A stretch of DNA of 20,920 nucleotides, taken from the IMG/VR virus record IMGVR_UViG_2585427758_000006. One strand, written 5' to 3'. Position 1 is the first letter of the stretch. Each line of letters starts with the position of its first letter. This stretch comes from a virus. Taxonomy: Duplodnaviria > Heunggongvirae > Uroviricota > Caudoviricetes. A model generated the notes under the pieces. That model was not told the DNA's origin. It did not search any database and saw only the letters and a list, made by a program, of their open reading frames with translations. Position numbers and translations under genes: made by a program. Positions 16,305-20,920 of this stretch are shown one piece after another.

Positions 16305-17048
16305 ATGACACAGACTGAATCAGCGATTCTGGCACATGCCCGGCGGTGTGCGCCTGCGGAGTCGTGCGGCTTCGTGATAAGCACGCCGGAGGGGGAGCGG
16401 TATATCCCTTGTGTGAATATTTCCGCAGAGCCGGAGGCGTATTTTCGTATCGCACCGGAAGACTGGCTGCGGGCAGAGATGCAGGGGGAGATTGTGGCAC
16501 TGGTCCACAGTCATCCCGGTGGGCTGCCCTGGCTGAGCGAGGCTGACCGGCGGCTGCAGATAAAAAGCGCACTGCCCTGGTGGCTGGTCTGCCGGGGTGA
16601 CATTCACAAATTCCGCTGTGTGCCACATCTGACAGGACGGCGCTTTGAGCACGGGGTGACGGACTGTTACACGCTGTTCCGGGATGCTTATCATCTGGCG
16701 GGGACTGAAATGCCGGATTTTCATCGCGAGGATGACTGGTGGCGCAACGGTCAGAACCTTTACCTGGACAATATGGCGGTCACCGGCTTTTACCGGGTGC
16801 CCCTGTCCTCTGCACAGGCGGGCGATATTCTGCTGTGCTGCTTTGGTGCTTCGGTACCGAACCATGCCGCCATTTACTGCGGCAACGGTGAGCTGCTTCA
16901 CCATCTGCCTGAACAACTGAGTAAACGGGAGAGGTATTCCGAAAAATGGCAACGACGAACGCATTCTGTCTGGCGTCACCGCCACTGGCACGCATCTGCC
17001 TTCACGGGGATTTGCAACGATTTGGCCGCCGCCTCAGCCTGTATGTGA
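16305..17048 (+). CDS. K: Tail assembly protein K (MPN/JAB plus NlpC/P60-like domains)
   Basis: ATG at 16305 (MTQTESAILAHARRCAPAESCGFV...HSHPGG...), lambda gpK-like. The track ORF 16044..17048 is the same frame extended upstream into L. 3' end overlaps I by 103 nt. Confidence 0.8.
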   Translation: MTQTESAILAHARRCAPAESCGFVISTPEGERYIPCVNISAEPEAYFRIAPEDWLRAEMQGEIVALVHSHPGGLPWLSEADRRLQIKSALPWWLVCRGDIHKFRCVPHLTGRRFEHGVTDCYTLFRDAYHLAGTEMPDFHREDDWWRNGQNLYLDNMAVTGFYRVPLSSAQAGDILLCCFGASVPNHAAIYCGNGELLHHLPEQLSKRERYSEKWQRRTHSVWRHRHWHASAFTGICNDLAAASACM

Positions 17049-17626
17049 ACACGGCAGCGGAAGCCATTCGCGCCCTGTCGATGCAGATGCCGGGCTTTCG
17101 CCGTCAGATGAACGAAGGCTGGTACCAGATACGTATTGCCGGTGATGACACGGCACCGGAGGCGGTGTATGCCCGTCTTCACGAACAGCTGGGTGAGGGA
17201 ACGGTCATCCACATTGTGCCGCGACTGGCCGGGGCCGGAAAGGGTGGACTGCAGATTGTACTGGGGGCGGCAGCCATCGTGGGCTCTTTCTTCACTGCCG
17301 GAGGCTCGATGGCGTTATGGGGTACAGCCCTGGCAGCCGGCGGTTTTTCTGCCACCACGATGCTGTTTTCACTGGGGGCCAGCATGATACTGGGCGGTGT
17401 GGCCCAGATGCTGGCCCCGAAGGCAAAAACACCGGAGTACAAAAGCACGGATAACGGTAAACAGAACACGTACTTTTCCTCGCTGGATAACATGATTGCC
17501 CAGGGGAACCCGATGCCGGTGCCTTACGGGGAAATGCTGGTTGGCTCCCGCCGTATATCCCAGGACATCAGCACCCGTGATGAAGGCGGGGGCGGAACGG
17601 TCGTGGTTATCGGGCGACAGGGATAA
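16946..17626 (+). CDS. I: Tail assembly protein I
   Basis: 226-aa ORF MATTNAFCLASPPLARICLHGDLQRFGRR...GKQNTYFSSLDNMIAQGN...GEMLVGSRRISQDIST closely resembles lambda gpI along its whole length. Confidence 0.9.
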   Translation: MATTNAFCLASPPLARICLHGDLQRFGRRLSLYVNTAAEAIRALSMQMPGFRRQMNEGWYQIRIAGDDTAPEAVYARLHEQLGEGTVIHIVPRLAGAGKGGLQIVLGAAAIVGSFFTAGGSMALWGTALAAGGFSATTMLFSLGASMILGGVAQMLAPKAKTPEYKSTDNGKQNTYFSSLDNMIAQGNPMPVPYGEMLVGSRRISQDISTRDEGGGGTVVVIGRQG

Positions 17627-17835
17627 AACATAAAAAAATCCCGCAGTGATCGCGGAGCTGTGGGGACAGACAAATGAAGATCAATGTTAAGGAGTTGTTT
17701 TTGTTACTCGGGCAAAAAAACACTAACGCAGCGAAATTATAAGCGCCACAGTCAGTGTGTGAAAATGTGAAGATATTCAGAATTTTTATGCCATTACCGG
17801 TTTTAACCAACAGGATTATCGGTGGGCATGAAAGA

Positions 17836-17865
17836 AAACCCCGGTATCTGCTGATACCGGGGTTT
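17836..17865. terminator. Strong palindromic hairpin in the I-J intergenic insert (bidirectional terminator-like)
   Basis: Perfect 13-bp stem AAACCCCGGTATC (17836-17848) / GATACCGGGGTTT (17853-17865) with 4-nt loop tgct; A-rich before and T-rich after, so it could terminate on either strand. Confidence 0.5.
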
Positions 17866-17968
17866 CTCTTTAGCATGGCAGAAATGTGTTTCATGCTTTT
17901 CGGGCGAAGGATATCCGACTTCTGTACGGAATGGCAAGTGGCGGTTAATTTATTCAGGGGAAGGCTGT

Positions 17969-20920
17969 ATGGGAAAAGGTGGCGGTAAGGCACACACGCC
18001 TCGTGAGGCGAAGGATAATCTCAAATCCACGCAGATGATGAGTGTGATTGATGCGATTGGTGAGGGACCGATAGAAGGTCCGGTGAAGGGACTGCAGAGT
18101 ATTCTGGTGAACAAAACCCCACTGACGGACACGGACGGCAATCCCGTGATACACGGTGTGACGGCGGTCTGGCGCGCCGGGGAGCAGGAGCAGACACCAC
18201 CGGAAGGCTTTGAGTCCTCCGGAGCTGAAACCGGACTGGGCGTGGAAGTGACGAAGGCAAAACCGGTGACGCGCACCATTACGTCCGCGAACATTGACCG
18301 CCTGCGGGTTACCTTCGGGGTGCAGTCACTGGTGCAGACCACGTCAAAGGGCGACCGTAATCCTTCCTCTGTCCGGATTCTGATTCAGTTACAGCGTAAT
18401 GGCCGCTGGGTGACGGAAAAGGACGTCACCATTAACGGCAAGACCACCTCACAGTTCCTGGCCTCGGTGATTCTGGATAATCTGCCTCCCCGGCCCTTTA
18501 ACATCCGGATGGTCAGGGAGACGGCGGACAGCACCACGGACCAGCTGCAGAATAAGACGCTGTGGTCGTCATACACCGAAATCATCGATGTGAAACAGTG
18601 CTACCCGAACACGGCCATTGTGGGGCTGCAGGTGGATGCGGAGCAGTTCGGCGGCCAGCAGATGACGGTGAACTACCATATCCGCGGTCGCATCATCCAG
18701 GTGCCGTCAAACTATGACCCGGAAAAACGCACGTACAGTGGTATCTGGGACGGCAGTCTGAAACCGGCATACAGCAACAACCCGGCCTGGTGCCTGTGGG
18801 ACATGCTGACTCACCCGCGCTACGGCATGGGAAAACGTCTGGGGGCGGCGGATGTGGACAAGTGGGCGCTGTATGCCATCGGGCAGTACTGCGACCAGAC
18901 GGTCCCGGATGGTTTCGGGGGGACCGAGCCGCGGATGACCTTTAATGCGTACCTGGCACAACAGCGTAAGGCGTGGGACGTTCTCAGTGATTTCTGCTCT
19001 GCGATGCGCTGTATGCCGGTATGGAACGGTCAGACGCTGACGTTCGTTCAGGACCGCCCGTCGGATGTGGTGTGGCCGTACACCAACAGCGATGTGGTGG
19101 TGGATGATAACGGCGTGGGATTCCGCTACAGCTTCAGTGCCCTGAAGGACCGGCACACGGCGGTGGAGGTGAATTACACCGACCCGCAGAACGGCTGGCA
19201 GACCTCCACGGAACTGGTGGAAGACCCGGAAGCCATACTGCGCTACGGACGCAACCTGCTGAAGATGGACGCGTTCGGCTGTACCAGCCGCGGTCAGGCC
19301 CACCGTGCCGGACTGTGGGTGATAAAGACCGAACTGCTGGAAACGCAGACGGTGGATTTCACGCTCGGGTCTCAGGGGCTGCGGCACACACCCGGTGACA
19401 TTATTGAAATCTGTGATAATGACTATGCCGGGACCCTGACCGGCGGACGTGTCCTGTCCATTGATGCTGCCACCCGCACCCTGACGCTGGACCGTGAGGT
19501 TACCCTGCCGGAGACAGGTACATCGGCGGTGAACCTGATTAACGGCAGCGGTAAGCCGGTGAGTGTGGACATCACCGCACACCCCGCGCCGGACCGGATA
19601 CAGGTCAGTACCCTGCCTGATGGTGTGGAGACATACGGGGTGTGGGGATTCTCCCTGCCGTCACTGCGCCGTCGCCTGTTCCGCTGTGTCTCCATCCGGG
19701 AAAACACGGACGGCACCTTTGCCATCACGGCGGTGCAGCACGTACCGGAAAAAGAAGCCATCGTGGATAACGGTGCCCGCTTTGAGCCGCAGTCAGGTTC
19801 CCTGAACAGCGTCATCCCACCGGCAGTGCAGCACCTGACGGTGGAGGTGAGCGCAGCTGACGGCCAGTATCTGGCGCAGGCGAAATGGGACACGCCGCGG
19901 GTGGTGAAGGGTGTGCGCTTCAGTCTGCGCCTGACCAGTGGTAAGGGAACGGATGCCAGACTGGTGACCACCGCCATCACCGCAGACACGGAGCACCGTT
20001 TCAGCGGCCTGCCGCTCGGGGAATACACCCTGACGGTGCGGGCGATAAACAGCTATGGCCAGCAGGGTGAACCTGCCACCACCACCTTCCGGATTGCCGC
20101 ACCGGCAGCACCGTCGCGGATTGAGCTGACGCCGGGCTATTTTCAGATAACCGCAACGCCACATCTTGCCGTTTATGACCCGACGGTACAGTTTGAGTTC
20201 TGGTTCTCGGAAAAGCGGATTGCGGATATCAGGCAGGTTGAAACCGCAGCCCGCTATCTTGGCTCGGCGCTGTACTGGATAGCTGCCAGTATCAATATCA
20301 AACCGGGCCATGATTATTATTTTTATATCCGCAGTGTGAATACTGTTGGCAAATCGGCATTCGTGGAGGCTGTCGGTCGGGCGAGCGATGATGCGGAAGG
20401 TTACCTGGATTTTTTCAAAGGAGAAATCGGGAAAACACATCTGGCCCAGGAGCTGTGGACGCAGATTGATAACGGTCAGCTTGCGCCGGACCTGGCTGAA
20501 ATCAGGACGTCCATTACGAATGTCAGCAATGAAATCACGCAGACCGTCAATAAAAAACTGGAAAATCAGAGTGCGGCAATCCAGCAGATACAGAAAGTTC
20601 AGGTTGATACAAATAATAACCTGAACAGCATGTGGGCCGTGAAACTGCAGCAGATGCAGGACGGACGCCTTTATATTGCGGGTATCGGTGCCGGTATTGA
20701 GAATACGCCAGCAGGAATGCAGAGTCAGGTGCTGCTGGCGGCAGACAGGATTGCGATGATTAATCCTGCGAATGGCAACACAAAGCCGATGTTTGTTGGT
20801 CAGGGCGATCAGATATTTATGAATGAAGTGTTCCTGAAATATCTGACGGCTCCCACCATTACCAGCGGCGGTAATCCTCCGGCATTTTCCCTGACACCGG
20901 ACGGGCGGCTGACGGCGAAA
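17969..20920 (+). CDS. J: Tail tip / host specificity protein J, 5' portion (continues beyond window end)
   Basis: ATG at 17969 with RBS aggggaagg; [39 protein letters not shown]... closely resembles lambda gpJ from the first residue. Frame is open to the end of the window, so it is absent from the complete-ORF track. Confidence 0.9.
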   Translation, partial: MGKGGGKAHTPREAKDNLKSTQMMSVIDAIGEGPIEGPVKGLQSILVNKTPLTDTDGNPVIHGVTAVWRAGEQEQTPPEGFESSGAETGLGVEVTKAKPVTRTITSANIDRLRVTFGVQSLVQTTSKGDRNPSSVRILIQLQRNGRWVTEKDVTINGKTTSQFLASVILDNLPPRPFNIRMVRETADSTTDQLQNKTLWSSYTEIIDVKQCYPNTAIVGLQVDAEQFGGQQMTVNYHIRGRIIQVPSNYDPEKRTYSGIWDGSLKPAYSNNPAWCLWDMLTHPRYGMGKRLGAADVDKWALYAIGQYCDQTVPDGFGGTEPRMTFNAYLAQQRKAWDVLSDFCSAMRCMPVWNGQTLTFVQDRPSDVVWPYTNSDVVVDDNGVGFRYSFSALKDRHTAVEVNYTDPQNGWQTSTELVEDPEAILRYGRNLLKMDAFGCTSRGQAHRAGLWVIKTELLETQTVDFTLGSQGLRHTPGDIIEICDNDYAGTLTGGRVLSIDAATRTLTLDREVTLPETGTSAVNLINGSGKPVSVDITAHPAPDRIQVSTLPDGVETYGVWGFSLPSLRRRLFRCVSIRENTDGTFAITAVQHVPEKEAIVDNGARFEPQSGSLNSVIPPAVQHLTVEVSAADGQYLAQAKWDTPRVVKGVRFSLRLTSGKGTDARLVTTAITADTEHRFSGLPLGEYTLTVRAINSYGQQGEPATTTFRIAAPAAPSRIELTPGYFQITATPHLAVYDPTVQFEFWFSEKRIADIRQVETAARYLGSALYWIAASINIKPGHDYYFYIRSVNTVGKSAFVEAVGRASDDAEGYLDFFKGEIGKTHLAQELWTQIDNGQLAPDLAEIRTSITNVSNEITQTVNKKLENQSAAIQQIQKVQVDTNNNLNSMWAVKLQQMQDGRLYIAGIGAGIENTPAGMQSQVLLAADRIAMINPANGNTKPMFVGQGDQIFMNEVFLKYLTAPTITSGGNPPAFSLTPDGRLTAK

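Noticed and set aside
17607-17993. 128-aa minus-strand ORF spanning the I-J intergenic insert
   Set aside because: Its start would lie inside J and its end inside I, and it reads through the 13-bp hairpin; the translation is low complexity. The region is treated as non-coding.
18707-20440. Several long minus-strand ORFs (291, 201 and 215 aa) inside J
   Set aside because: Antisense to the lambda gpJ-like frame, which resembles lambda J throughout; translations are Arg/Pro-rich with no recognisable domains.
1-20920. Integrase, attachment site, tRNA, or defence/toxin-antitoxin genes
   Set aside because: Looked for them but found none. The window covers only the packaging, head and tail modules; any integration or immunity region would lie outside it.

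Overview
This window is the morphogenetic (late) region of a lambdoid prophage from an enterobacterium, probably Escherichia/Shigella-like, with a partial IS1 at its left edge. All structural genes are on the + strand. Left to right: partial IS1 (insA C-terminus, insB), a TonB C-terminal-domain gene fragment that IS1 has cut, a small DUF3950/YlcI-like gene on the minus strand, an HNH endonuclease, a putative cos/terminase-binding region with GTTAAC repeats, terminase small and large subunits, an HK97-type prohead protease fused in frame to the major capsid protein, portal, a 461-aa protein built on 162-bp tandem repeats, head-tail connector, head closure, gp10-like and tail-completion proteins, then a lambda-like tail module (major tail protein with Ig-like C-terminus, G and G-T chaperones via a -1 frameshift, tape measure, M, L, K, I, and the 5' 2.95 kb of J, which runs off the window end). 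No tRNA, rRNA, CRISPR array or integrase was seen. I did not find a defence or toxin system; the most unusual loci are the repeat protein, a 342-bp non-coding insert between I and J, the GTTAAC repeat array, and the protease-capsid fusion. All calls rest on reading the sequence and on recalled family signatures; no database search was run.
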